In this document: positions 23,201-33,360 of the stretch, piece after piece
Layout: each line of letters starts with the position of its first letter
Position numbering within the stretch: position 1 is the first letter of the stretch
From: Gekko japonicus
Taxonomy: Eukaryota
Length of the DNA stretch: 64,000 nt
Direction: 5' to 3'
Assembly (NCBI RefSeq): GCF_001447785.1
Contig: NW_015168690.1
Coordinates: forward strand, 332,669-396,668
Program-made: the position numbers and the translations under genes
The notes under the pieces: model-generated
Seen by the model: the letters and a program-made list of their open reading frames with translations, nothing else
Databases searched by the model: none
What the model was told of the DNA's origin: nothing

Positions 23201-26200
23201 TAAATCTCAGTGTTATCCACTTATTTTCATGTACAAGAGAAGATGCACACACATTATCATGCTGTTCTCCATGTGNNNNNNNNNNNNNNNNNNNNNNNNN
23301 NNNNNNNNNNCAAATCAACTGACACATTCTGAAGTCCAGTTAATGTCAATGGCAAAGTTAAACATATGTTCAAATCTTTTCCATTAAAATCAATCAAGGA
23401 CCTCGTGGCTGAATTGTGATCCTATTAATGATAGACAAAGCAGTAAAGTCCATACATATGAATTGATCCAATAAAGTATAGGTATAACAGAGAAGTCTTC
23501 AATTTACATTGCATGTCGCATAGGAAAGAAGTCTTAAGTCTTCAAGTCACATGTAGCATATAGCAACTAGCACATAGAGAAATCAAACAATATACGTTCA
23601 GCAGAGAAGACTTCAATTGCATGTAGCATATAAACGAAGAATCCAGATATTATAAACTTTTTTTCGTTGAACTTCCTCAATAATGGCAATGACTAAACAT
23701 AAAGAACAATATTAAGAATCCAGTTTTGAATAACTGGAAAACTACAAAAGTTATACAAAGCTTCAAAAACATACCTAATGTAATTTATACACAAAATTGA
23801 TTGCATCAGCTTCTAAAGTCATTCGCAAAGACAGTGTTTCCTATGAGGGAAAAAACACAGGTAACCAATCTCCTAATATATTACTGCCTTCATGTAGCGG
23901 TGAGGCATTCTGAATTATCACTAAAGTTGCTATTATCTTTATTAACTTACCAAAAGGTCCTTGTTGGCCCCAGTCACACAGGAGGTTTTGCCCTGCAAGA
24001 GGGACGGATCGGGGCGCATCAAACGGGCGCAATCACACCACAACATCTGGGAAGCAGAGCGCACCTGTCCCCGATCCATCCTTTCCAGGGGAAAACGCGC
24101 AGCAAAAAAGAACCTAGAAAAAGAGTACTACCTACCTGAAACTCCGCAGCAAGGGTGGCCATGGGATCGCCGGCGCACCCGTCTCCCGCAGCATTCGAGG
24201 CTCCCGGCCAAACTGTGCATGTGCACACATGCGCAGCCGGCTGCCTCGCTCCTCGTTCCGTGGCTCCCCCCCCCCGGCATCTGATTGTGCCGGGGAGCAA
24301 CTGAGCTGCGGCTCGGGGGATCTGTCTGATCCCGCCACGCGTCTATTTTGATGCAGCTCAGAAAAGCCGCACTTTGGCCATGCCTCCCCCCCCCCGTGTG
24401 ACCAGGGCCGTTGTGGCTGAGTCCTCTGCCTCAGTAGTGTTGAAGTCAGAAGAGTTTCTATGGTTATCAGCCCACGTAACGTTTTTCTGTAAATTATCAT
24501 TGGGAGTGCACCATTTGTACACCTTATTAAGTTCATAATCTTTTTTATCCCTTTGATTTTTTTTATTTTTTCTCTATAGTATTTTTTTCAAAAGCTTTAA
24601 GCATCTCCTTTGTTATGTCTCCTTTAAATGCCTGCAGCAGGTGTGTGCTCCATTAGGGATAGTTTCTCCCTTTCTTTGTATATAGTGGTCCTTTCAACCT
24701 TCTTGTTTAGAGGCAGAACCACAAGCTCCACTTAAAGAATAGGACTGGTTGCCCATTAATACAAGGACCTTTTGGTAAGTTAATAAAGATAATAGCAACT
24801 TTAGTGATAATTCAGCATGCCTCACCGCTACATGAAGGCAGTAATATATTAAGAGATTGGTTACATGTGTTTTTTTACTTATAGGAAACACTGTCTTTGC
24901 GAATGACTTCAGAAGCTGATGCAATCAATTTTGTGTATAAATTACATTAGGTATGTTTTTGAAGCTTTGTATAACTTTTGTAGTTTTCCAATTATTCAAA
25001 ACTGGATTCTTAATATTGTTCTTTATGTTTAGTCATTGCCATTACTGAGGAAGTTCAACGAAACAAAGTTTATAATATCTGGATTCTTCGTTTATATGCT
25101 ACATGCAATTGAAGACTTCTCTGCTGAACTTATATTATTTGAAGACTTAAGACTTCTTTCCTATGCGATATTGCAATGTAAATTGAAGACTTCTCTTATA
25201 CTTTATTGGATCAATTCATACGTATGAACTTTACTGCTTTGTCTATCATTAATAGTGAGTGGGCAACAATGTGGCCAATGAAGTTCAGTGATGGTAAGTG
25301 TAAGGTGGTGTACATTGGGACAATGTGGGACAAAAAATCCCAACTTTAAGGAAATGCTAATGGGGTCTGAACTTGCTGAGACTGGAAGGGAAAAAGATCT
25401 TGGGGTCGTAGTGAATAGTTCAATTAAAGTGTCAACCCAGTGTGCTGCAGTGGTGAAAAAGGCAAACTCTATGTTAGGAATGATTAGGAAAGGGATTGAG
25501 AATAAAATGGCCGATATTGTAACACCCTTGTGTGGACTCATTTGGAATACTGTGTTCAGTTCTGGTCACCATATTTCAAAAATAGCCATTGCCAAGCTGG
25601 AACAAGTACAGAGGAGGGCTATAAAGATGACTAGGGGGTTGGAGCACCTTCTGTATGAGGAAAGACTGAAGAGTCTGGGACTTTTCAGTTTAGAAAAAAG
25701 ACAACCCCATGATAGAGGTTTATACAATTAGGCATGGGGTTGAGAGAGAGTTGACAAAGATAATTTTTTCTCCTGCTCCCAAAATACTGGAACTCAAGAG
25801 TATCCAATGAAACTGATTGGCAGTAGGTTCAGGGTGGATAAAAGGAAATACTACTTTACTTTACACAGAGAGTGATTCACATATGGAATTTGCTGCCAGA
25901 GGATGTAGTAATGGCCACAGGAATAAACAGCTTTAAAAGGGGATTAGATAGATTCATGGAGGATAAGTCTATCTATGGCTACTAGCCATGGTAACTGAGG
26001 GGAACCTCAACATTTAGAGGCATTAAGCCTCTGAATCCCAGAGCCAGGAAGCAACATCAGGGGAAGGCCTTGACTTCTATGCCATCCAAAGGAACTGTTT
26101 GGCCACTGTGTGAGACAGGATGCTGGACTAGATGGACCACTGGTCTGATCCAGCAGTGCTCTTCTTATGTTCTTATGTTCTTAAAAGGCATTTCATATTG

Positions 26201-29200
26201 GAAATATAGTAACCTCCACCACCACCCCAAAAAAAACCCAAAACTGGAGGCAGGGGATTATTACTCCAAATTCTCCTCTCTCATTTTTCAATTTTTTTCT
26301 AATTTTATTATAATTTACAGCGCAATTCATAAGCCTGTATTAGGGCATTTATAGCAATCTGCATTCATTATATAATATACCCTAATATTTTGGAGGGAAA
26401 GATACTTCAGTGGTTGTTATTGGGGACAAGTATGCAAACATCAAAGTATTTATTTTAATGGTCTTGTCTCAATGTGATATATATTACAACTCCTAGTCTA
26501 ATGTTACTGATAAGAATTTTTAAAACCATTATAACACCTATTGTTATAATGCTATAGCAATATATTGATAGTCATTGCCTTTTTTTTAAAAAAAGCCCCC
26601 TTGTGGCATGGGGAAGAAATTGCTGCTGTGGGGAAAATGGCTGCGGCGGGGGGGGGGGGATCCCAATTTTCCAACCCATGTGGCAGCCATCCAGGCTTTG
26701 GCATCTTTCAAAGCAAAGCAGGTTTGGGAAAGTTCAGGAAAAGCCAAGTAACCTGGAATGTGTATGTTGGAAAACGGGGGGGGGGGGATGCTTCCCCAAA
26801 GCATCAAACCCAGGGCAAATAACCTGTGTGGAAATGTCCAGTACATCTTATAATGGATTTATTTTACTTACTAAACATCCCTAAAGGTAGAAATTCCATG
26901 AATAAAAGGGCTTGGATTCTATGTAGAATTTCTGCAGGCATAAGGCTGAGGCAATTTTCACCAATTTCCCCCTCCCTGTGGCAGCCCAACATGCCCCCTG
27001 AAATACCACTTCTGAGGGACAGAAGAACCCTAGGAATAGAATTGGGGAATCAGAGGTCTTCTATTGGAGGGGGAAATCAATAAATCACCAGGATCAAAGC
27101 CAAGATTTCTTTTTCTGTACAAAACAAAATTGTGTTATGTAGATAGTAAAATTATGGTGATGCTTCCATACCTTAGGTACCTGGGCAACTTCAATTGCAT
27201 TACTAAACTCTTCTACAGCATCACGGTGTAAATCTAGTTTTTGAAATGCTATACCAAGATGATAACAGGTTTCAAACAGCTGAAATTTTTAAAAAAGATA
27301 TAAAATTATTTGAGTAGGACTAAGGCTATAAATATGCTTAGCTCTTGTAATTACCCATTGTAATTAAAACCAAATCCTGAGATTATTTGCATGGCTCATT
27401 TGAAGATAATGTTATGGCTGTCAGCTGATTGGCTGATGTTTAATCAGTGAGACGGTGGGGATATTGTTTTCTGCTTGTCTGAATGACATCACAGAGAAAG
27501 TGAAAGAGGCCTAACTGAGGACAGGGGACAAGTGTGTGTATGTAGCATTAGCAGAGGCAGGGGCTCAGTTCAAACACAACGTAAAACTATAATTTATTTT
27601 AACTGCAGTTGGTTTGTGAAGACAGGATTCTGCTCACAGTGAATCAGTCAATCCTGGTTTGAAATGCCTTGGGTATGTGGGATCTCTATATACTTTTTGG
27701 TCTTTTTTCAGTGTGTGTGTTTGTGCGCGCACATGCACACGCACACACACACACACCCGACCATGCCTGGAAGTCACGGCAACCTCTGGCAACTCTTACT
27801 GGGGCACGGAGGACATTCAGAGAAGAGTCCATCTGGCCTCACAGCTCTGATATTCTCTGGAGGTCTCCCATCCAAATATATGTCAGGGTCGGCCCTGCTT
27901 AGCTTCCAAGATCTGACGAGATCAGGCTTACCTGGGCTATCCAGGTCAGGGCTACTTTTTGGTCTTGATCTACAAATACATACAGCTGGATAAGAAGTTG
28001 AGATGCTATACTGAAATTACCAGCTGTGTATAGAGAGGGCCTGGAACATATTCTTCAGGAAGCTTATCTTTGCTCAGGACTTTCAGCAGTTGTTGGTAAT
28101 ATTCAACAGCCTGAAAACAAATATTAAAATAGTAGAAGAATCTGAGCTAGAATCAACATGTTCAACATGCTGTATGGTCGTAAGCAGATTTCCAATTAAG
28201 AAATGAAAAACAAGGAAGATCAATTTTTTTGCAAAATATATAATTAGTCTAAATACCAGTTAAGAACAGAAATATAAATATGAAGAAAAGGAAGAATAAA
28301 CCCACCTTTTCCAGTTCTTCCCATGTTTTAACACACCATTTATGTGAAACACACAGGAATGAAATTCTAGACGTAATATACATATCTCAGATTTCCTGTT
28401 GCCTAAACAATGAGTCTAGAACAGGGATGTCAAACATAAGGGCCGGGGACCAGAACCGGCCCATGTAGGGCTCTTATGTGGCCCGCGAGCAACTGGTGCA
28501 AGGGAGGGGGTGCTGGGGGGGGGGAGTGGGCAGAGCCACTCCATTGTGGCTTCAGCATGTCAGAACAAATTTGTTTGCAGCAGTCAAGCATCGTGGGAGC
28601 ATCTGCCCAGCTCTTAACTGTTGCCTCTCCAGTCCGCCTATGTGGGGTTTTCTCTGCACCCACCTCCCAGCCCATGGGGCCTTGCAGTGAGGATACAACA
28701 ACTCAGAGCTTACCAGCTGCTGTCCTTTATACAGTTTCTATCTCCGGTACCTGGCATTACGTTTTATGGGCCATTATTATAAATTATGGCACACATGGCC
28801 CGGCCTGACAAAGTGACATTTATGTCAGATCTGGCCCTCATAACAAATGGGTTTGACACTTCTGGTCTAGAACATCTTTCTTGCTTGGAATAAGCAACTT
28901 TGTTTTCCTCGGTCTGTGAACCTTATCTCATCTTTTGAGGCTACTTGATTTTTCTGTTCATCACACTAAGTGCCTTTGGGTTGAAAGGCAGCATGCTAAT
29001 GTTCCAAATAAATACATGTTTGTGATGCTATTTGCATTTGAATGTCTTTAGCAATTGCACAACAGGCAGAAACGCAGGTGGTGAAGTCTTCCCCTGTTTG
29101 GGGCTATAGTAATAGAGGAGAATCACCTGCTGCATTGCTACCCATTGCAAAACTGGCAAAGTGCCAAGTGGCCGTCACAAAACACTGACACTCCTAAGCA

Positions 29201-29744
29201 GAATCCTGCTTGCCATCCACAGGCTGGTTTAGCTTTAGTTTAAGGACAGTCGGCTGAACCATAGTAGACTATGAAGAGGGGTGGATGACACCCTTGCAAG
29301 GCACGAATTCCACAGGAGTCTCTTGTTACAAAAATGAACTAGAATCTTTGGGCACTTTAAATACTAACAGACTCTTATGCGGACTGCCAAATCCTGCCAA
29401 ACTCCTTAACCAGGGACAATTTCCCGCGCGCCATTCCAACCACCCTGCCTTCTGGCACAGGAGCCAGGGAGGGAGCCAATTACCTCACGCCAGCGCATGG
29501 CCCGCTCGCAGCTCAGCGCCAAGAGGAGAGATGCTTGAGCCTGCGTCTGGGCGCGGGCTACTGCGTTCATGAAGGCTGGCGAGACCGTCTTTCTGCGCCG
29601 CGTCTCATCTTTGGTGGGCTGCGGAGGACCGGAGGAGGCGGAGAGACGCTTGGCCGGGGTGCTGGCCAAGGAAGGAGGCGGGTCCTGGGAAAATGGCTGA
29701 GGCCGAGACATGAAGCGCCCGCTGGAGTGCTCCGACAGCGACAT
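5109..29744 (-). CDS. Uncharacterised TPR-repeat protein gene, 9 coding exons, ~369 aa (gene span)
   Basis: join(complement 29484-29744, 28021-28110, 27172-27279, 22314-22398, 17252-17313, 16315-16494, 13978-14060, 6137-6222, 5109-5263). All introns GT-AG, phases 0,0,0,1,0,0,2,1 consistent, no internal stop. TPR-like helices: [80 protein letters not shown]. Start codon choice uncertain (29744, 29711 or 29570). Confidence 0.88.
6137..6222 (-). CDS. TPR gene exon 8 ([28 protein letters not shown])
   Basis: Acceptor atattttatag, donor gtaaga, 86 nt (phase 2 to 1). Confidence 0.82.
8340..9417 (+). pseudogene. Harbinger DDE transposase remnant with an intron (8719-8867)
   Basis: [36 protein letters not shown]; [15 protein letters not shown] (from GAIDGTHIPI); [12 protein letters not shown]; ACIILHNLC; frameshifts and stops. 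Confidence 0.85.
9800..11270 (-). pseudogene. Probable Harbinger second (Myb/SANT-like) gene remnant
   Basis: Position convergent to the transposase inside the TIRs; [18 protein letters not shown] resembles the IA..L...G..RT..QCR.KF helix; splice sites at 10856, 10772/10680 and 10106. Confidence 0.45.
10187..10392 (+). mobile_element. hAT MITE (CAGTGTTCCCTCTAAG family) nested in Harbinger
   Basis: TIRs; perfect 8-bp TSD CTTATAGC; second copy at 31367-31572. Confidence 0.9.
12965..13500 (-). mobile_element. L2 LINE 3' end fragment with 33-bp tandem duplication
   Basis: ORF 13314..13580 [37 protein letters not shown] is an L2 ORF2 C-terminus; duplication at ~13191-13256. Confidence 0.75.
13978..14060 (-). 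CDS. TPR gene exon 7 ([28 protein letters not shown])
   Basis: Acceptor ttgctttccattag, donor CAG|gtgagt, 83 nt (phase 0 to 2). Confidence 0.88.
14345..14550 (+). mobile_element. Gecko-type hAT-derived MITE (GGGTTGCCAACCTCCAGGT family)
   Basis: Related copies at ~845-1005, 44583-44721, 45920-46126, 46362-46579, 51445-51617 and 59458-59701. Confidence 0.7.
14570..15000 (-). mobile_element. CR1 LINE endonuclease fragment
   Basis: [40 protein letters not shown]. Confidence 0.9.
16315..16494 (-). CDS. TPR gene exon 6 ([10 protein letters not shown]...HNKDHRK)
   Basis: Acceptor ttttttgcag, donor AAG|gtaaat, 180 nt; lies in ORF 16267..16500(-). Confidence 0.92.
17252..17313 (-). CDS. TPR gene exon 5 ([21 protein letters not shown])
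   Basis: Acceptor tgtttctag, donor gtgagt, 62 nt (phase 1 to 0); classic TPR helix B EA..DA.KA.ELDP. Confidence 0.92.
17850..19900 (-). mobile_element. RTE-X-like LINE (RT and C-terminal Cys/His motif)
   Basis: [22 protein letters not shown] (YADD-equivalent), FKYLGV; [19 protein letters not shown]. Confidence 0.75.
18574..18915 (+). mobile_element. Young CpG-rich hAT MITE nested in the LINE
   Basis: TIRs TAGGGCTGCCAAGTG / CACTTGGCAACCCTA; perfect 8-bp TSD TAGAGGCA. Confidence 0.92.
19912..20320 (+). mobile_element. hAT-Charlie-like MITE
   Basis: TSD GACTAGCA on both sides; 3' end tttgacacccctg; similar to 28422-28864. Confidence 0.75.
22314..22398 (-). CDS. TPR gene exon 4 ([28 protein letters not shown])
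   Basis: Acceptor cttctctccag, donor GTG|gtaagt, 85 nt (phase 0 to 1). Confidence 0.9.
23422..25255 (-). mobile_element. Penelope-like element remnant with inverted pseudo-LTRs
   Basis: Inverted arms 23422-23964 and 24761-25255; spacer encodes [12 protein letters not shown] on minus strand; CTGAGGA..GAAAC hammerhead-like core at ~25045-25064. Confidence 0.65.
23966..24409 (+). mobile_element. PIF/Harbinger-type MITE
   Basis: GGCCCCAGTCACAC / GTGTGACCAGGGCC TIRs, 3-bp TSD GTT; inverted relative at 39604-40048. Confidence 0.8.
25256..26184 (+). mobile_element. CR1 LINE 3' end
   Basis: EKDLGVVV..., [30 protein letters not shown]; (TTCTTATG)n tail. Confidence 0.92.
27172..27279 (-). CDS. TPR gene exon 3 ([36 protein letters not shown])
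   Basis: Acceptor aatttcag, donor AAG|gtatgg, 108 nt, canonical TPR pattern Y-x-L-G...A...F..A. Confidence 0.92.
27762..27952 (-). mobile_element. 5S rRNA-derived SINE
   Basis: Minus strand cctgatctcgtcagatcttggaagctaagcagggc...ttggatgggagacc matches the 5S internal control region, followed by a non-5S tail. Confidence 0.8.
28021..28110 (-). CDS. TPR gene exon 2 ([30 protein letters not shown])
   Basis: Acceptor ttgttttcag, donor gtaatt, 90 nt, open in phase 0. Confidence 0.9.
28422..28864 (+). mobile_element. hAT-Charlie-like MITE
   Basis: CAGGGATGTCAAAC...GTTTGACACTTCTG; perfect TSD GTCTAGAA. Confidence 0.9.
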
Positions 29745-30090
29745 CCCAGGCGCTATGCCCGCCAATCCCGCTGCCCTCTCGGCGGCGGAGCTGGAAGGGA
29801 CGCGGCATTGCCATGGTAGCGGGAGCAACGCGGTGAACGCCCACGCCTTTCTCTGTTGGCCGGACGGTTGCAACGCTCCAGGGAGAAAAAGGCGCAAGTC
29901 GCAGACGACGCGCTACCCCCACCTTCCCCCTCTCTTATATCTCCATTTTGCGCTGTTAAGGGTGCTTCTTGGTGCAAGAGGATGGAGACGGGCTGAGGAG
30001 TGGGGCGGGGCTATGGGGCGAATAAAGTTCTGGGTTTATGCATTGTTTCCCGCGAACAGCTGTCGTTTGCAACCCCTTATCGGGAGGAGG
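29400..30090. promoter_or_regulatory. CpG island / promoter of TPR gene with RFX X-box-like motifs and GC box
   Basis: Dense CpG in an otherwise CpG-depleted window; ATTGCCATGGTAGC (29807-29820) and overlapping GTAGCGGGAGCAAC (to 29829) resemble X-boxes; GGGGCGGGG at ~30002. Confidence 0.75.
29484..29744 (-). CDS. TPR gene coding exon 1 (MSLSEHSSG...[15 protein letters not shown])
   Basis: Inside CpG island; part of ORF 29406..29897(-); donor GAG|gtaatt at 29484/29483; phase 0. Confidence 0.8.
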
Positions 30091-31366
30091 GGAGACATGA
30101 TGTCAAAAGTAACCAGAAGATCCCATCTGCTGACAAGGGAATGGTCAGCCTAGCATTTTTAGGTCTCTGGTTCTTGGCAATGAGTGCGTGTGAAGTGGGT
30201 GGTTCAGAGCTACCTGGCCAGTTCCTCAGTTGCCTTATGAAATGACATACTATAACAGCTGTTAGCCCCCAAATCGCAAATGGTAGGAAGCTTGAGACTC
30301 CAGGAAAGGACACTTTCCCCTCTCTGTTCAGTTGAACAACCACAAAACAGTGTCTTTGCTCCATTCCACACACAGCACAATGATATTTCTGGTTTCTAAA
30401 AGCCCTACATTTCATTAATCGCACCCTTCTCCAGGGTAACAACATATAAAAATTATGTTTCTAGTACTTGTATGGATAGCCAGATATCACTTTTCACCCA
30501 GACCCACACTTGCAAAAGAATCTTCCTGTTCGGTCCAAACATATCAAAGCATGGTCCTTGCAGTTTCTTCTGTCACTATAAAGTACTGTGAAAGGAAGAG
30601 GGGAGAAATGTCACTCTTCCTCAGGTGCCTAAGACTTGGCTGGAACCTAAGATGCATATTAAAAATGAGAATGCTGTGTATGATCAATTAGACACCACTG
30701 ACAGAAGAACTGAAAACAATGAGTTGGCTCATTTTCTTAACCCAGCGGCCAGAGTTGTACAAGTGATCAATAATTGATCAATAATCAATAATGATCCCTA
30801 TGAACCCACTGGGATCTGATCCTTTCTCTCAGATTAGTTACTGTTTTCTGAGAAGGGCTGCATGAGCCCATGCAGCAGAACGAAGTGGTAGAATTCTGAA
30901 GTGGCAAAGTGGGTTGTACCACTTCAGACAGCAGGCAGGAGATAATAGTTTGAGGGTGCATTCAGATGGGCAGCTAATCCCACCATTGGCCCGGCTCTAA
31001 TTTGATCCAGATCTTTTTTATCTGGCCTTGCCTAACCAGACAGCTCCCCTTACCATGCGTGTACTCTGTGGTGGATTGTCTAGATGGCGTCCACCTGAAG
31101 GAGCCACCTGTTCGGGGGGGGGGTTAATTCTGTTTGCGCATGCACATCTGCGCCTCAATGTGTATTTGTTTTTTCGGGCATGCACGGAATTGAATGGTTA
31201 AAGCACCGCCTCTGGGTACCATTTCAATTAACGCAGTTCATAAATTTCATGGGCCATTCAGAAACATGAAATCTGAGCGGAGCTCTGCGGCTGTCGTGTG
31301 TTTACGCGTTTATGCGCATATCGCCAAGAGTTTTTTAAAATGGCGGCCATTCAGGATGGTCTGGAG

Positions 31367-31572
31367 CAATGTCCCCTCTAAGCTGTGGAGTCTTGTGAGC
31401 AAAAATTCTACTTTGTGGGCTACTGGCATTAAAGTTGTGAGCGAGCGATTTGGCTACTGCATAAGTTAGTCTGCTCTGGAGCCCTCCTTCCTGAGCTGAG
31501 AGAAAAATGTGTGAGCCAGAGGCTAAAAAACTGTGAGCTGGCTCACACTAACTCATCTTAGAGGGAACACTG
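31367..31572 (+). mobile_element. hAT MITE, same family as 10187-10392
   Basis: TIRs; TSD GTCTGGAG/ATCTGGAG. Confidence 0.88.
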
Positions 31573-32449
31573 ATCTGGAGCAGACCATCCTGACAGGCTG
31601 ATTGCCCGCTGAAACAATCAGACAGAGGAAAGTCTGCCATTGGCCCATCAGCAATCAAAAGTACCGGATTTTCACCGGTATCTTTTAAGTATGGCTCCCT
31701 GGTGGGGCTAAACGGGCTGATCACGGAAGCGGCACCTTTCCCAGATGTCGCTGTCTGATCATTCCCTTTAAATCCGCCAGGCATCCGTGCCCGGGGCAGA
31801 TGTAAAGACCCGTCTGATCGGGACCTGAGTGACCATATGATGGATGGGCAAAAGTCCTGCCATTCTGAGGGGGTACACTCCAATCACCTTTAGTTCTGTT
31901 TGGTGTGTGAACAGGGCAGCTAACCACCAATCAGGATCCCTGGAAGGGCTGGAAGAACCAGATGGGAGGAGGGAAGAAAAAGAAATTATCTCAGTTTTTC
32001 ATTAGATAGGCTTTGTGACTCCAGAGTGAGAGGTTAAGGAGGTCCTGTCTCAGGAAACGTCAAAAGTCCCAGAGTCTTCCTTTTGAGCAAGAACAGATGA
32101 GAATAGTAAAAGGGTGGAGATAGGATTTTGCCTCCAGAGGCATGGTCTGAAGGACAATCTTTACTAGGAAGCTATGGTGTCTTAGAGTCTAGTTTCTAGG
32201 AAAAGCATGGCTGTTAACTGCTCTGCAGCTTTCAGCCAGCAACTGTAACCTTATAAATGAATGGGCCCAGAAAGCCTGTATCACACCTACAAAGAGTTCC
32301 TATCCTCATTTCTGAACCATCAAGAAAATAAACCTTTTTTGCTGTCAAGTCACAGCTGACTTATACTTATGGATAAATAAAAGTTCATCTTCCATCTTCA
32401 GTGTAGCCCCACACTGGGACTTTGCCTGTGCACAGGCTGGTCATAGAAA

Positions 32450-33360
32450 ATATTCTTTCCTAGCTTAAAGGACCTAAAGGTGGGAAAAGACCTCTGGAGC
32501 CGACATGATGACCTTTTTCCACCCAAACCATCACGTGATCCAGAGGAGAGCACCTCCTTTCCCCCCAGTTCCTTTTCTGCTGCCATGGAGGTAGACATTC
32601 CTAGCTTTGCTGTGCAGTAGGAATGTTCTCCATTGTCTTCAAGTTGCTTGCTTTTTGTGGAGATTTGAGAGCCAGGGCTAACATTTTCTGCATCTCTTGA
32701 CTCCCTGGTTCCAAGCCCCAAATAATGTGTTCTTGCAGGTGAGGTGGCTTTCATCGACTCCCCCCACCCCAGGCTTGTTGGTGTTTCAGGGTGCCTGTTA
32801 CATTGCTATTATTGTCTACCAGGGCTCTCTTTAAGAAATGCACTCAGTGTGCTACAAAAATGACCCACAGTGACAAGCATTGTTTATGCCTATTGTGCTT
32901 GGGGTAATCTCACAATGTGCTGGCCTGCAAAATTTGCCAGGGCTTCACACCGAAGGCACGTTCCGAAAGAGCGTTCTGCTTAAAGGCCACTCTTCAGGAA
33001 AAAAACTCTCATGTCTTCCAAACTGTCTAAGTCCTTTACGAGTACGGAACCATCAAAGGTGCCTTCCTTGGTGTGGTCGGCCTCATCGGTTCTGGTGCCA
33101 GAGCCCTGTTCTGGCCTGCTGTCAGTTTCTGACAGTTCTGACAGCAGACAAGCCCCACTCACACCAAAAGAGAACAGCCTCTTCAGATCTGACCTCAATC
33201 TCAAGAGGCCCCCACTCACCATAACCTGTTCCCTCAGTTCCAACCCTCAGCTCTTCGGAACTGCCCACCAAAAAGCCCAAGAAAACAAAACACAGGGAGA
33301 AAACCAGAACATCTTCTAAGCACCAGGGGTGTGTGGTGTCTCCTCCTGCCATAACTGCTG
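32450..33360 (+). mobile_element. DIRS1-like retrotransposon 5'/gag fragment
   Basis: FKKCTQCATKMTHSDKHCLCLLCLG*SHNVLACKICQGF, a DIRS gag Zn-finger, at ~32830-32945. Confidence 0.7.

Noticed and set aside
29710-30153. 147-aa plus-strand ORF in the CpG island (divergent gene?)
   Set aside because: GC-rich shadow ORF with no recognisable domain and no downstream exon chain found
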